IMG/VR virus record: IMGVR_UViG_3300034073_003023
DNA: 20,000 bases
DNA from: an uncultured virus (IMG/VR IMGVR_UViG_3300034073_003023)
Lineage: Duplodnaviria > Heunggongvirae > Uroviricota > Caudoviricetes
Strand: one strand, 5' to 3'
The notes below the pieces were generated by a model. That model was not told where the DNA came from, did not search any database, and was given only the letters and a program-made list of their open reading frames with translations. Each line of letters begins with the position of its first letter. Positions within the stretch are counted from its first letter, which is position 1. The position numbers and the translations under genes were made by a program. This document shows, piece after piece, positions 1 to 8,408 of this stretch.

Positions 1-557
1 TTTCTTTTCTCTTCTAATTGATTCCTATTTCGATCATTAATATCTGTTAGAGTATTGACAATTGAATCAAGAGTTTTATTAATATTATCTAAAGAAGTTT
101 TTAATGATTCAGAATTATCAGATGATGTTCTAGAAATTTTAGCAGACTTTTCTGTAATGTCTCTAACTTTTACTGGATCAATATACTGTTGGAAAAAAGA
201 ATTATTTGCTGTTATTTTCCCAGAAGGAGATTTAGCAATTTTTCCTCCTCTTGGTCGATTCCCTCCTCCAGATGAAGGGGAAGGAGGTGCAGATGGAGGA
301 GGAGAAACTGATACTTTTGCTTTTGAGGTCTTTACTTTAAATCTACCTTTCTTATTTTTAACTCTCTTAAATTCATTTCTTAAGAGCTCATCTTCTTCTC
401 TAGGAAGTTCTTTTCCTATTAATCTAGCAGATGCTAATTTTTTCTTTATAATTTCATAGTAAGTCTGGTAATCAAGTTCCAATCCAGAATTGATCTTCAG
501 TAATCTTAAAATTACTTCATTGATATTTTCTGTAGTAACTTTTTGATTACCAGCCAT
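1..557 (-). CDS. N-terminal part of a large putative structural (tail/baseplate-region) protein; runs off the window
   Basis: Not in the ORF track. Read by hand from ATG at 557, which overlaps the gp51 3' end: MAGNQKVTTENINEVILRLLKINSGLELDYQTYYEIIKKKL..., open to position 1, with a Pro/Ser/Gly linker then a helical-looking segment. Function inferred from position after gp26/gp51. Confidence 0.7.
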   Translation of the reverse strand, partial: MAGNQKVTTENINEVILRLLKINSGLELDYQTYYEIIKKKLASARLIGKELPREEDELLRNEFKRVKNKKGRFKVKTSKAKVSVSPPPSAPPSPSSGGGNRPRGGKIAKSPSGKITANNSFFQQYIDPVKVRDITEKSAKISRTSSDNSESLKTSLDNINKTLDSIVNTLTDINDRNRNQLEEKR

Positions 558-729
558 TACTTTGTTGCTTCTGTTTAGATTCTTCTTCTTCTATATGTTG
601 CTTTAATAATTCAACGTAAATATCCCTTTCCCAAGGAATCATATTTTCAATTTCAGTCAATGAATATTTATGATATTGCATTAACGAAAAATTTAATTTG
701 AAATATGATTCAAGATCCATATGAATCAT
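547..729 (-). CDS. gp51: Baseplate hub assembly protein, gp51-like
   Basis: NFSLMQYHKYSLTEIENMIPWERDIYV motif typical of the short cyanomyovirus gp51; directly follows gp26. Confidence 0.85.
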   Translation of the reverse strand: MIHMDLESYFKLNFSLMQYHKYSLTEIENMIPWERDIYVELLKQHIEEEESKQKQQSNGW

Positions 730-731
730 TG

Positions 732-1451
732 CTATGCGAAAAAACTTGATAACCCTTCAAGAATGACTTCACTTTCAACCTTGGTGTTAGGATTTGTAAC
801 ATTAATTGTATGAGAAAGTTTTGGCATAGTCTCAAAGAACTTTTCAATTTCTTTGAATTGAGATGAATTCATTTGATCAAGAAAATCCATCAGTTCTTTT
901 TTAGTCACATCAGCAGCAGACCAAACTTCTTCTTCATTATAGATTTTATCCACACAAGATGCAACAAGTTCAAATGATTGTTCCATCGCATTATTACTAG
1001 ACATATCAAAGTTATTTTTAATGAACTGATCTAGAGAAGGATACTTCATTTCCATCATCAAAGAATCATCTAACTTAATTTTGTTAGTATGATCTGGATT
1101 AGTTTTAACTTTAATATCATCGACATCTATTTTAACAGTCACATTTGTCTCTTCGTCATCTGGACAAATAACATTTAACTCTATTTCTTCACCGACTGAT
1201 TTTGCACGAATATTTAAGAACAAATATTCAATGTCAAAGGTAGGTAAAGATTCTACTTTAATTCCTTTTGTTTCAACACAGTTTTTAATGACTGTTTTAA
1301 TTGCAGTAGTAATTTGTTTAGTATCTTCAGACTCTAAAGCAATGACCAAAAGTTTTTCTTCTTTAACTAAGAAAGGTCTATACTTAATTGTCTGTCCAGT
1401 TGAAGGCAATTCAAGTTCATAAGTTGGTGTGGCAATTTTTGGTAAAGGCAT
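732..1451 (-). CDS. gp26: Baseplate hub subunit gp26
   Basis: MPLPKIATPTYELELPS...YRPFLVKEEK...FDIEYLFLNIRAKSVGE; SD AAGGAG at 1455-1460. Confidence 0.92.
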   Translation of the reverse strand: MPLPKIATPTYELELPSTGQTIKYRPFLVKEEKLLVIALESEDTKQITTAIKTVIKNCVETKGIKVESLPTFDIEYLFLNIRAKSVGEEIELNVICPDDEETNVTVKIDVDDIKVKTNPDHTNKIKLDDSLMMEMKYPSLDQFIKNNFDMSSNNAMEQSFELVASCVDKIYNEEEVWSAADVTKKELMDFLDQMNSSQFKEIEKFFETMPKLSHTINVTNPNTKVESEVILEGLSSFFA

Positions 1452-1479
1452 AATCTCCTTACAATAAACTCAGGTATTT

Positions 1480-1486
1480 TATTTAT
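1480..1486 (-). promoter_or_regulatory. T4-type late promoter (ATAAATA) for gp26
   Basis: ATAAATA about 29 nt upstream of the gp26 ATG. Confidence 0.7.
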
Positions 1487-1492
1487 GAGGGT

Positions 1493-1550
1493 TGTGCCAG
1501 ATTACAAAGTGTCTCCTAATCAGACTTTTTTGGAGAGTATGCCCTATAAT
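1493..1550 (+). promoter_or_regulatory. Cyanomyovirus early-type promoter
   Basis: TGTGCCAG-attac-AAAGTGTC upstream element resembling cyanomyovirus early promoters, a weak -35 (CAGACT, 1521-1526) and a perfect TATAAT at 1545-1550. Confidence 0.6.
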
Positions 1551-1574
1551 TAAATGGTAAACCATCAAAACGAA

Positions 1575-1814
1575 ATGCGAAAACTTTTTTTCACCCTAGT
1601 ATTTTTCTATGGAGTTGGTCTATCCACCTACTTTGCTCATTGGGGAATTAGGGACATGGCAGCTCTAGAAAAAGCAGTTTCAGTTGGAGCACATCACGAA
1701 GAGATGAGGCATAGGATGAATGTTTCTGCTGAGGGGAATTGGTTTCTTCTTTCAAATCTAATTGCAGTAACAGGTGCTCTAGGTGTTGTCGGAGGATCTA
1801 AAAAAAATGCTTAA
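1575..1814 (+). CDS. Small membrane protein with two hydrophobic segments (79 aa)
   Basis: MRKLFFTLVFFYGVGLSTYFAHWG...WFLLSNLIAVTGALGVVGG. ATG 1575 is preferred because ATG 1554 lies upstream of the predicted transcription start. Confidence 0.7.
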   Translation: MRKLFFTLVFFYGVGLSTYFAHWGIRDMAALEKAVSVGAHHEEMRHRMNVSAEGNWFLLSNLIAVTGALGVVGGSKKNA

Positions 1815-1938
1815 GGTTCTAAAGTATCTTATTATTGGATACGGAATATTATTAGGGTCTATTTATTTTCTTGCGGCAATTGTTCCTGCACCATCTGCTG
1901 ATATTAGGGAAGGATTTTCCTCTAAGTTTTCAAAATAA
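1807..1938 (+). CDS. Small single-TM protein (43 aa), below the ORF-track cutoff
   Basis: MLKVLKYLIIGYGILLGSIYFLAAIVPAPSADIREGFSSKFSK*; overlaps the upstream gene's stop and ends right before a terminator. Confidence 0.65.
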   Translation: MLKVLKYLIIGYGILLGSIYFLAAIVPAPSADIREGFSSKFSK

Positions 1939-1939
1939 T

Positions 1940-1972
1940 AAAAAAGAGAGGAGATATCTCCTCTCTTTTTTT
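1940..1972. terminator. Bidirectional intrinsic terminator
   Basis: Perfect 32-bp palindrome AAAAAAGAGAGGAGAT|ATCTCCTCTCTTTTTT between convergent genes. Confidence 0.9.
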
Positions 1973-1974
1973 AT

Positions 1975-2829
1975 CTAAAATAATCGAGTATTGAGTGCAT
2001 TATTATTTCCAGAGAAAGGATTGGATAATGCACTATCACTAAAATTAGTAAAATTAGTATTAGTAAGAGTTCCTGGAGAAAAGTTTCCAAGATTAAGACC
2101 TTGCTGAAAAGCATTTGTATTAATTTTAGCTTGATCTGCTTGAGTTAAATCAAATGGATTTCTAGGAGCAGTCTTTGAAGTAGTTTGACCAGGCTCAGAA
2201 ACTCCAGGATTTTCTTTTATATTACCTGCAACATAACGATCAAAAGAAAATCCAACTGTAACCTTAAGTAACTGAGAAGATTCATAAGAAACTGGCATAG
2301 AATTTATAGATACAGGAAATGCATTAATAAAATCATATACCATAGTTTTTGAAGATTCTCTTGTTCCAAGATTTCTTTCAAACTTTGTAATACTTATAAA
2401 CTCAGACTTATAATCTTTTGGGTATCTAATCCTATAAAAATTATTAATATCTTTTGATCCAGTAACTTGTTCTCCAGAAATCCATCTTAACCAAGCTTCA
2501 AAGTAACGAATTTGATCATAAGATTGATTTACATAAAAAGTAAAGTCTGCCCTATCATCATAAATTCTTCTATATGCGTGTCTTTGAGTAACCCCAGTAT
2601 AATCATTATTCAATTCGTGAGTAGTAAGAGTAGATCCAGGGAGACTTGCATCAGAACAAGTTAATGTAAGAATATCTGTTATTTCTCCAGGAAATCCACT
2701 TTGTCTAATAAATGATTCTGCTTCATCAGGTGGTTTTATGTAAACCTCATAATGAGAAGTTAATGCGGGTTGCATTATGATTCTCTTAATATCCAATATC
2801 TTCCTAGTTCTTGGAGTTGGCGCTGCCAT
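1975..2829 (-). CDS. Tail-tube-fold protein (gp54 baseplate tail-tube initiator / gp19 paralogue)
   Basis: CSDASLPGSTL...RRIYDDRADFTFYV...YFEAW...AFPVSINSMPVSYESSQLLKVTVGFSF; divergent from gp4 as in cyanomyoviruses. Confidence 0.75.
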   Translation of the reverse strand: MAAPTPRTRKILDIKRIIMQPALTSHYEVYIKPPDEAESFIRQSGFPGEITDILTLTCSDASLPGSTLTTHELNNDYTGVTQRHAYRRIYDDRADFTFYVNQSYDQIRYFEAWLRWISGEQVTGSKDINNFYRIRYPKDYKSEFISITKFERNLGTRESSKTMVYDFINAFPVSINSMPVSYESSQLLKVTVGFSFDRYVAGNIKENPGVSEPGQTTSKTAPRNPFDLTQADQAKINTNAFQQGLNLGNFSPGTLTNTNFTNFSDSALSNPFSGNNNALNTRLF

Positions 2830-2832
2830 CGA

Positions 2833-2862
2833 ATAAATATTCTTTGTTTATATTGTATTTAT
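2833..2862. promoter_or_regulatory. Pair of face-to-face late promoters
   Basis: ATAAATA on + at 2833-2839 (toward gp4) and ATAAATA on - at 2856-2862 (toward the tail-tube-like gene). Confidence 0.7.
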
Positions 2863-3328
2863 GAGAAGAGAAGAAAAATATCATCAAGGTAAATTTAGAC
2901 CACAAAATCCAGAAAAATACAAGGGAGATATTAACAATATAATTTACAGAAGTTCTTGGGAGTTGGTTGCACTTCAATGGTGTGATAGAAATCCAGATGT
3001 ATTAGAATATGGATCCGAGGAATTTTTTATTCCATATTTTGATGAAACTACAAGAAGAGTCAGAAGATATTTTCCAGATCTTTTCATAAAAGTAAAAGAT
3101 AATCAAGGATCTATTAAAAACTATGTGGTAGAAATAAAACCAAAAAAACAAACAAAACCACCAGAACAGACTTCAAGAAAAAGACAAAAAACTTATATTA
3201 ATGAAATGATCACTTATGAAAAAAATTTAAGTAAGTGGAGATATGCAGAAGAGTGGTGTAAAGATAGAGGATTGATATTTAAAATACTTACAGAAGATGA
3301 TTTAGGGATTAAGTATCGTAATAAATAA
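2861..3328 (+). CDS. gp4: Head completion protein gp4 (PD-(D/E)XK nuclease fold)
   Basis: YHQGKFRPQNPEKYKGD...YRSSWE...RYFPDLF...VEIKP...KWRYAEEWC...FKILTEDDL. Confidence 0.92.
   Translation: MRREEKYHQGKFRPQNPEKYKGDINNIIYRSSWELVALQWCDRNPDVLEYGSEEFFIPYFDETTRRVRRYFPDLFIKVKDNQGSIKNYVVEIKPKKQTKPPEQTSRKRQKTYINEMITYEKNLSKWRYAEEWCKDRGLIFKILTEDDLGIKYRNK
3321..3327 (+). promoter_or_regulatory. Late promoter for gp48-gp53
   Basis: ATAAATA overlapping the gp4 stop. Confidence 0.6.
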
Positions 3329-3409
3329 ATTATAAAGAACTTCTATTCTAATGCAATATAAAAAGAATCCAACTTACATTCTCGGGTTCCTTGTTAGGGA
3401 GGAGTTCTA

Positions 3410-4765
3410 ATGGCTGAAGAAAAAAAAGCTGGACAAGGGTGGGAAAAAAATACAGATAATACTTTTAAAGCAACTTTAAGTGTTCCAAAAAAACCATCGG
3501 CAGTAGTTCAAACAGCATCCTCTTCAGGAACAAGTCAAAATACAAATCAAAGAGTAAGAGTAATAGTAAATAATGAAACTGGTGCAATACAACTATATGA
3601 AACTAGGGAACCTTTAGGTGATAGATTATTCAATACCTTTAATCCATCTACAGGTAAATGGGAATCTCCATCTAATGATCCTCAAGCATTTAATGAAATA
3701 CAAAATAGAATAGGAACTGATGGAATTCAAAAATTACAAAATCAAGCAAAACAAGGAGCAATAAATGGAGTAATAAATCCAACTTCAACAAATGAAAATA
3801 AGGTAAAAATATCATCTACAGAAGGATATAAATCTTTATCAAATACAATTAAACAAGATCCAAATTCTGGACAAGTAGGACCAGAATCATTTAATCAAGG
3901 CGAAATTAGTCAAGCAGTAGGACAAGGAAAACTTAGAAGTAGTTATGGGGATACTAGATATCCACTAAATATGAAATCTGACCAAGATTATATTAAATTT
4001 ACAATGTATACTTATGTACCAAAAACATTTGGACTTACATCTGGACTTGGTGCATTTAGTGGTTCAAATAAAGGATCTAAACTTGGAACAGTCACTCTTC
4101 CTATTCAACCACAAATTTCAGATTCTAATTCAGTTACCTGGGGAGAAGATACAATAAATTCTGTAGAAGCAGCGGCTGCAGCGACTGCCTATGCATCAAT
4201 AACAAGAGGTGTTGAAGGAGCAGAGGAATCTGTCAACCAAGCAGCAACAGGTATTGCTGAACAAAAAGGAAGCATAACTACAACTTTAGCAGCAGGTCTT
4301 GCTGGAAAGGCTGTTGGTGCAAATGAAAATTTCTTAAGCAGAGTAACTGGAGGAATCTTAAACAATAATGTAGAGTTATTATTTCAAGGACCAGCTTTAA
4401 GATCATTTTCTTTTACTTTTATAATGTCAGCAAGAGAGCCAAGAGAAAGTGAAGCAATAAGAAATATCATAAGATTTTTCAAGCAAGGAATGAGTGTTAA
4501 AAGAACAGAATCAAATCTTTTCCTAAAAGCACCTAATGTTTTTGATATTGAATATTATCATAAAAATGCTCCTCACAAATATATAAACAAAATCAAAACC
4601 TGCGCTCTTCAAAATTGTTCAGTAAATTACACTCCTGATGGAAATTATGCAACTTATGAAGATGGAGCTATGACACAATATAGTTTAACTCTATCATTTG
4701 GTGAGATTGATCCATTATATGATGATGAATATGATGCACTTGGACTCGATCACATAGGTTACTAA
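3410..4765 (+). CDS. gp48: Baseplate tail-tube cap gp48, with a long N-terminal extension
   Basis: YPLN...LPIQPQISDSNSVTW...NNNVELLFQGPALRSFSFTF...FLKAPNVF...KTCALQNCSVNYTPDG; SD GGAGGAG. Confidence 0.88.
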   Translation: MAEEKKAGQGWEKNTDNTFKATLSVPKKPSAVVQTASSSGTSQNTNQRVRVIVNNETGAIQLYETREPLGDRLFNTFNPSTGKWESPSNDPQAFNEIQNRIGTDGIQKLQNQAKQGAINGVINPTSTNENKVKISSTEGYKSLSNTIKQDPNSGQVGPESFNQGEISQAVGQGKLRSSYGDTRYPLNMKSDQDYIKFTMYTYVPKTFGLTSGLGAFSGSNKGSKLGTVTLPIQPQISDSNSVTWGEDTINSVEAAAAATAYASITRGVEGAEESVNQAATGIAEQKGSITTTLAAGLAGKAVGANENFLSRVTGGILNNNVELLFQGPALRSFSFTFIMSAREPRESEAIRNIIRFFKQGMSVKRTESNLFLKAPNVFDIEYYHKNAPHKYINKIKTCALQNCSVNYTPDGNYATYEDGAMTQYSLTLSFGEIDPLYDDEYDALGLDHIGY

Positions 4766-4766
4766 A

Positions 4767-5432
4767 ATGGCATCGTACTTCAGACAAGTTCCAAATTTTG
4801 AATATATATCAAGAAACTCCGATGAAAAAAATCTATCGGATTATGTTCCAGTAAAAAATCTTTTTAAAAAAGGAAAATTAAGAGAAGATATTTTTCAAGA
4901 TCTTTCTTTCTTTGAAAAGTATCAAATTATTGGAGACGAAAGACCAGACAACGTAGCATTTAAATTTTATAATGACTCAACTTTAGATTGGGTAGTTCTT
5001 CTTTCAAATAATATTTTGAATATCTACAGTGAATGGCCAATGACTCAAAGAACTTTTGATAAAGTGATGTTAGAAAAATATGGATCTTATGATAATCTTT
5101 ACAACGGAATTCATCATTATGAATCAATAGAAGTAAAAAATTCAGCAGGAGTTACAATTGTTCCTTCTGGTATTTGGGTAGATCCTGATTTCACAGTAGA
5201 ATATAATGAAGATGGAGGAATAGTTTTTGAACAAGATGTTGTAGTCCCTGTCACTAACTATGAATACGAATCTTCAGTAGAAGATCAAAAAAGAGGAATT
5301 TTTATTCTTAAACCACTATACTTAGGTGTAGTATTTAATGACATAGAAGATATTATGACATACAAAAAAGATGGGGATCAGTATGTGAACCCCACCTTAA
5401 AACGTGCTGATAATATCAGATTATATTATTGA
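4767..5432 (+). CDS. gp53: Baseplate wedge subunit gp53
   Basis: YFRQVPNFEY...GDERPDNVAFKFY...DWVVLLSNNI...WP...IHHYE...VTNYEYE. Confidence 0.92.
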   Translation: MASYFRQVPNFEYISRNSDEKNLSDYVPVKNLFKKGKLREDIFQDLSFFEKYQIIGDERPDNVAFKFYNDSTLDWVVLLSNNILNIYSEWPMTQRTFDKVMLEKYGSYDNLYNGIHHYESIEVKNSAGVTIVPSGIWVDPDFTVEYNEDGGIVFEQDVVVPVTNYEYESSVEDQKRGIFILKPLYLGVVFNDIEDIMTYKKDGDQYVNPTLKRADNIRLYY

Positions 5433-6401
5433 TCAATCACTAGCAAGTTTCTGGAAATAAGAAAGAGCATCATCTTCATCATCATCGGTTGATGATAGAC
5501 TATTCAACTGTGCCTTGAGATCATCAGGTACTGGAGGAGCAGACTTACTCTTGCGATAAGACTCTTCAAGTTCCTGCATTACATTCTCTTCAGTATTCCT
5601 CGCAGGAGTATAAGATTCATACTCCTCTTCTTCATCTGCAGTAGATGACCTAGGAGCAACCTTACCAATACCAAGAACTGAATTCAGACGCTTCTCAAGA
5701 TCATCATAAGACTTGAATTGATCTGGAGCAACGATGGCAGAAAGTGAATATTCTTTCTTCCAAATTGCTTCTAGAGCATCGTCATCATCAAGAAGTGCTT
5801 CAGGAGAATCAAACTCAGACTTATCGTAGTTCCAGTATCCTTCTACCTTACGAATCTTGAGACGGAAATTAGCACCTTGCCAGAAGTCAAAAGGATTGAT
5901 GGGTGCTTCATCTTCAAATTCTGGTTGCATTGCATTCAGAATCTTATCAAAGATCTTCTTACCAAACTTGAAGAGGAATACCTTACCTTCGTTTTCTGGA
6001 TTTGCAGGATCCTTGATCACATAGATGTTAGAATAATATGACAGTTTACGCTTACGTTGACGAACAATATCCTTATCTCGGTCGTTTCCACTGTTCCATA
6101 GTTCACTGTTAGAAGCACATACAGGGCACTTCTGACCTAAAGTAGTGAGGCAGTTGTCAATCAACCAACCTCCAGTTCCTTGGAACGCATGATTATACAT
6201 TTTTACCCAAGGGAGATCTTCACCTTCTGGAGCAGGAAGAAAACGAATAATTGCAGAACCTACGTCTCCTTTACCCATAGTAGGTTTCCAGAATCGTTCA
6301 TCTACTCCACCAGAACCAGTGTTCATCTTTTCTACTTCTTTTACCAGTTTATCGGTAAGAGAACCAAGTTTTGATTGTTTTTTTAGAGATTCAAATGACA
6401 T
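5433..6401 (-). CDS. gp32: Single-stranded DNA-binding protein gp32
   Basis: DERFWKP...IRFLPAP...HAFQG...NCLTTLGQKCPVC...KFGKKIFDKI...NYDKSEF; acidic C-terminal tail. Confidence 0.97.
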   Translation of the reverse strand: MSFESLKKQSKLGSLTDKLVKEVEKMNTGSGGVDERFWKPTMGKGDVGSAIIRFLPAPEGEDLPWVKMYNHAFQGTGGWLIDNCLTTLGQKCPVCASNSELWNSGNDRDKDIVRQRKRKLSYYSNIYVIKDPANPENEGKVFLFKFGKKIFDKILNAMQPEFEDEAPINPFDFWQGANFRLKIRKVEGYWNYDKSEFDSPEALLDDDDALEAIWKKEYSLSAIVAPDQFKSYDDLEKRLNSVLGIGKVAPRSSTADEEEEYESYTPARNTEENVMQELEESYRKSKSAPPVPDDLKAQLNSLSSTDDDEDDALSYFQKLASD

Positions 6402-6462
6402 GTTAGTTAAATGCGGATTTGGCCTTTATGACTTTGCTTAAGGGATCGTCCAGCCCAGAAAT

Positions 6463-6491
6463 AATATAGCAGGTCTAGATCTGTTTGTCAA
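6463..6491 (-). promoter_or_regulatory. Sigma70-type promoter for gp32
   Basis: TTGACA-N17-TATATT with a TGn extended -10. Confidence 0.8.
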
Positions 6492-6810
6492 TCTGCTTTT
6501 TCATTACCTCAATCATCTGGGACATATTATCAAATACAATATTCATATCCATATTTGGGGGCATTCCTAAAATAGAAGCAGCATCAATTATTTTCTCCTT
6601 CATTTCAACTGCTTCAGGATCATCAGATAAACTTAATCTAGTATAAAGAACTTTTTGTTTTTCTAAAAGTTTTTCAAGCAAAGCAATGTGAAATTTTTTT
6701 TCTTCAAGATCCATTGATGAAAAACTAAAAATATTTCTATAAATGTCATCTTGGAGCATAGAAATTTCTGTCATTTCTGCTCTGACTATATCTGAATTAA
6801 AAAAACTCAC
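6475..6810 (-). CDS. Conserved cyanophage protein (DUF1825-like)
   Basis: MSFFNSDIVRAEM...LLEKQKVLYTRLSLSDDPEA; usual position between gp59 and gp32. Confidence 0.75.
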   Translation of the reverse strand: MSFFNSDIVRAEMTEISMLQDDIYRNIFSFSSMDLEEKKFHIALLEKLLEKQKVLYTRLSLSDDPEAVEMKEKIIDAASILGMPPNMDMNIVFDNMSQMIEVMKKQIDKQI

Positions 6811-7400
6811 AACACCTCCTCCTTTAGAATTTGCTTAAATTTATTGTTATCAATATGTAGGAAAGGTGAATACTTTTCAATTCTCATTGATATGAATTCC
6901 CACACAGGATCTTTTAACTTTTTATCAAAATGAGATTTATAATTAAGAATATTATTCAGAATTATCATTGTTTCTAATGATAATTTTTTTTGTAAAAACT
7001 CTTTTAAAATTTTAGGATGTTTATTACTTTTTACTTCAAACATCTCATCAAAATTTTGTGAATTTAAGATACTCACTTCCTCTTTAAATTTATATGAAAG
7101 TGATTGGATTTTGCGTATCCAATTTTTATAGTTCTCTTCACCTTCTTTAATAATTTCTCCAATCCATAGTGATTGAGGATCATCACAAGAGACAAAGTTT
7201 GATATAAAAAAGTTAATTATTTCTTCGTCATTTTTTTGACGAGACATCTTCTCAAAGTAAAATCTATCTTTCCTTTTATAAAAAGATTGAATGTTTGCTT
7301 TTACTTTTCCGTTATAAGTAAAGTAATTATATTTTTTATCCGTAAAATGATTTTTTAATGAAAGATAGGTTGTATATGCTTGATATGGTTCCAATTTCAA
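6807..7400 (-). CDS. gp59: Helicase loader gp59
   Basis: YTTYLSLKNHFT...YNYFTYNGK...FYKRKDRFYFEKMSR...SLETMIIL; synteny. Confidence 0.88.
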   Translation of the reverse strand: MKLEPYQAYTTYLSLKNHFTDKKYNYFTYNGKVKANIQSFYKRKDRFYFEKMSRQKNDEEIINFFISNFVSCDDPQSLWIGEIIKEGEENYKNWIRKIQSLSYKFKEEVSILNSQNFDEMFEVKSNKHPKILKEFLQKKLSLETMIILNNILNYKSHFDKKLKDPVWEFISMRIEKYSPFLHIDNNKFKQILKEEVL

Positions 7401-7663
7401 AATACTAGTCGTGCTCTAGAAGTTTTTTTGAGAAAATTGAGTTCCATTGCTTCAAATTTAATTTTCTCTTTTAGAGGTTTAGATAGAAGTTTAGGAACTG
7501 ATTCTAAATCAATTTTATTGATTTCGCAAAAAGTAATTATAGCATCAATGTAAGACAACTCTTCCTGCTTAACAAGTTTCTCAATTTCTTGAGCAAACCT
7601 TGAAGGGCAGAAAAACTTTTCTTCTAATACTTTTTCTAATTCTTCGTTGATGTCAGAATTCAT
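7397..7663 (-). CDS. gp33: Late transcription co-activator gp33
   Basis: FAQEIEKLV...SYIDAIITFCE...LSKPLKEKIKFEAMELNFLK. The start is ATG 7663 or GTG 7687. Confidence 0.9.
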   Translation of the reverse strand: MNSDINEELEKVLEEKFFCPSRFAQEIEKLVKQEELSYIDAIITFCEINKIDLESVPKLLSKPLKEKIKFEAMELNFLKKTSRARLVF

Positions 7664-7714
7664 TAATTGAATGAGAGTAAGAGACACAATAATTAAGTTT
7701 CAACAATTGTCATA

Positions 7715-7743
7715 ATCATAACCGTTATCCTTTTGAATGTCAA
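7715..7743 (-). promoter_or_regulatory. Sigma70-type promoter for gp33-gp59
   Basis: TTGACA-N17-TATGAT; the -35 overlaps the exonuclease TGA stop. Confidence 0.8.
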
Positions 7744-8408
7744 GAAATTTCTTTTATTTTATCGTTTACAAATTTTTTAATATACTGAACTACAAGTTTC
7801 ATATATTTCTTTAGATCTCGTTCTTCATAAACAACACATTCACCATTTTCACAAGTCATAATAATTACAAGTTTCTTAATTTGAATGCCAGTCATTTCAT
7901 AAAGAGCCATTCCATAAAACATTGCTTGAACAAAATATCCTTCAATCCATTCTCTGGGTTTTGGTTCCTTTGAAGTTTTATAGTCTATGACTGAAAGTTC
8001 TTGATCAAAATCTGCAATAGTATCTACAGATCCTGCAACTCCTAAAATTTCACTATACAGTGAACTTTCTAGGCAATGAATATTATTTATGCGGTTAAGA
8101 GTTGACTTCGCAATTTTAAACAGATGCTCAGAAATTGGTTGAACTTCTGGAAGTTCTTGATTTAGCAAATAGTTTTCAATGAGTGTATGTGTATCAGTTC
8201 CACGACTAGTTGCTTTTCTTGTAATTCGATTTGCTTCCTCTTCACCAACCTTTTCACGCCACTTAGAAAATTTTTCTTTATTATAATGACTAATAACGGA
8301 GGTAATAGAAACTAGTTTCTTATTCTCTCCGTTAATAGTATAATAACGAACTCCATCTATTGTTTCCCTTTTAAGATCAGGAAGATTCAAATCAATATGT
8401 GTAAACAT
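7740..8408 (-). CDS. PD-(D/E)XK exonuclease
   Basis: SITSVIS...RGTDTH...ESSLYS...AGSVDTIA...IDYKTS...YFVQ; standard position after phoH in cyanomyoviruses. Confidence 0.88.
   Translation of the reverse strand: MFTHIDLNLPDLKRETIDGVRYYTINGENKKLVSITSVISHYNKEKFSKWREKVGEEEANRITRKATSRGTDTHTLIENYLLNQELPEVQPISEHLFKIAKSTLNRINNIHCLESSLYSEILGVAGSVDTIADFDQELSVIDYKTSKEPKPREWIEGYFVQAMFYGMALYEMTGIQIKKLVIIMTCENGECVVYEERDLKKYMKLVVQYIKKFVNDKIKEIS

Noticed and set aside
55..459. 134-aa + strand ORF
   Set aside because: Antisense shadow of the open minus-strand frame that starts at 557
1231..1422. Short + strand ORFs here and at 6180-6374, 12051-12278, 12275-12469, 14410-14592, 16618-16842 and 18151-18393
   Set aside because: All lie antisense to well-supported genes, with no recognisable motifs or expression signals
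5425..5440. Terminator between convergent gp53 and gp32
   Set aside because: The stops abut (TGATCA) with no hairpin or U-tract
7740..8408. Cas4 as evidence of a CRISPR system
   Set aside because: It is the standard phoH-linked PD-(D/E)XK exonuclease, with no four-Cys Fe-S pattern and no array
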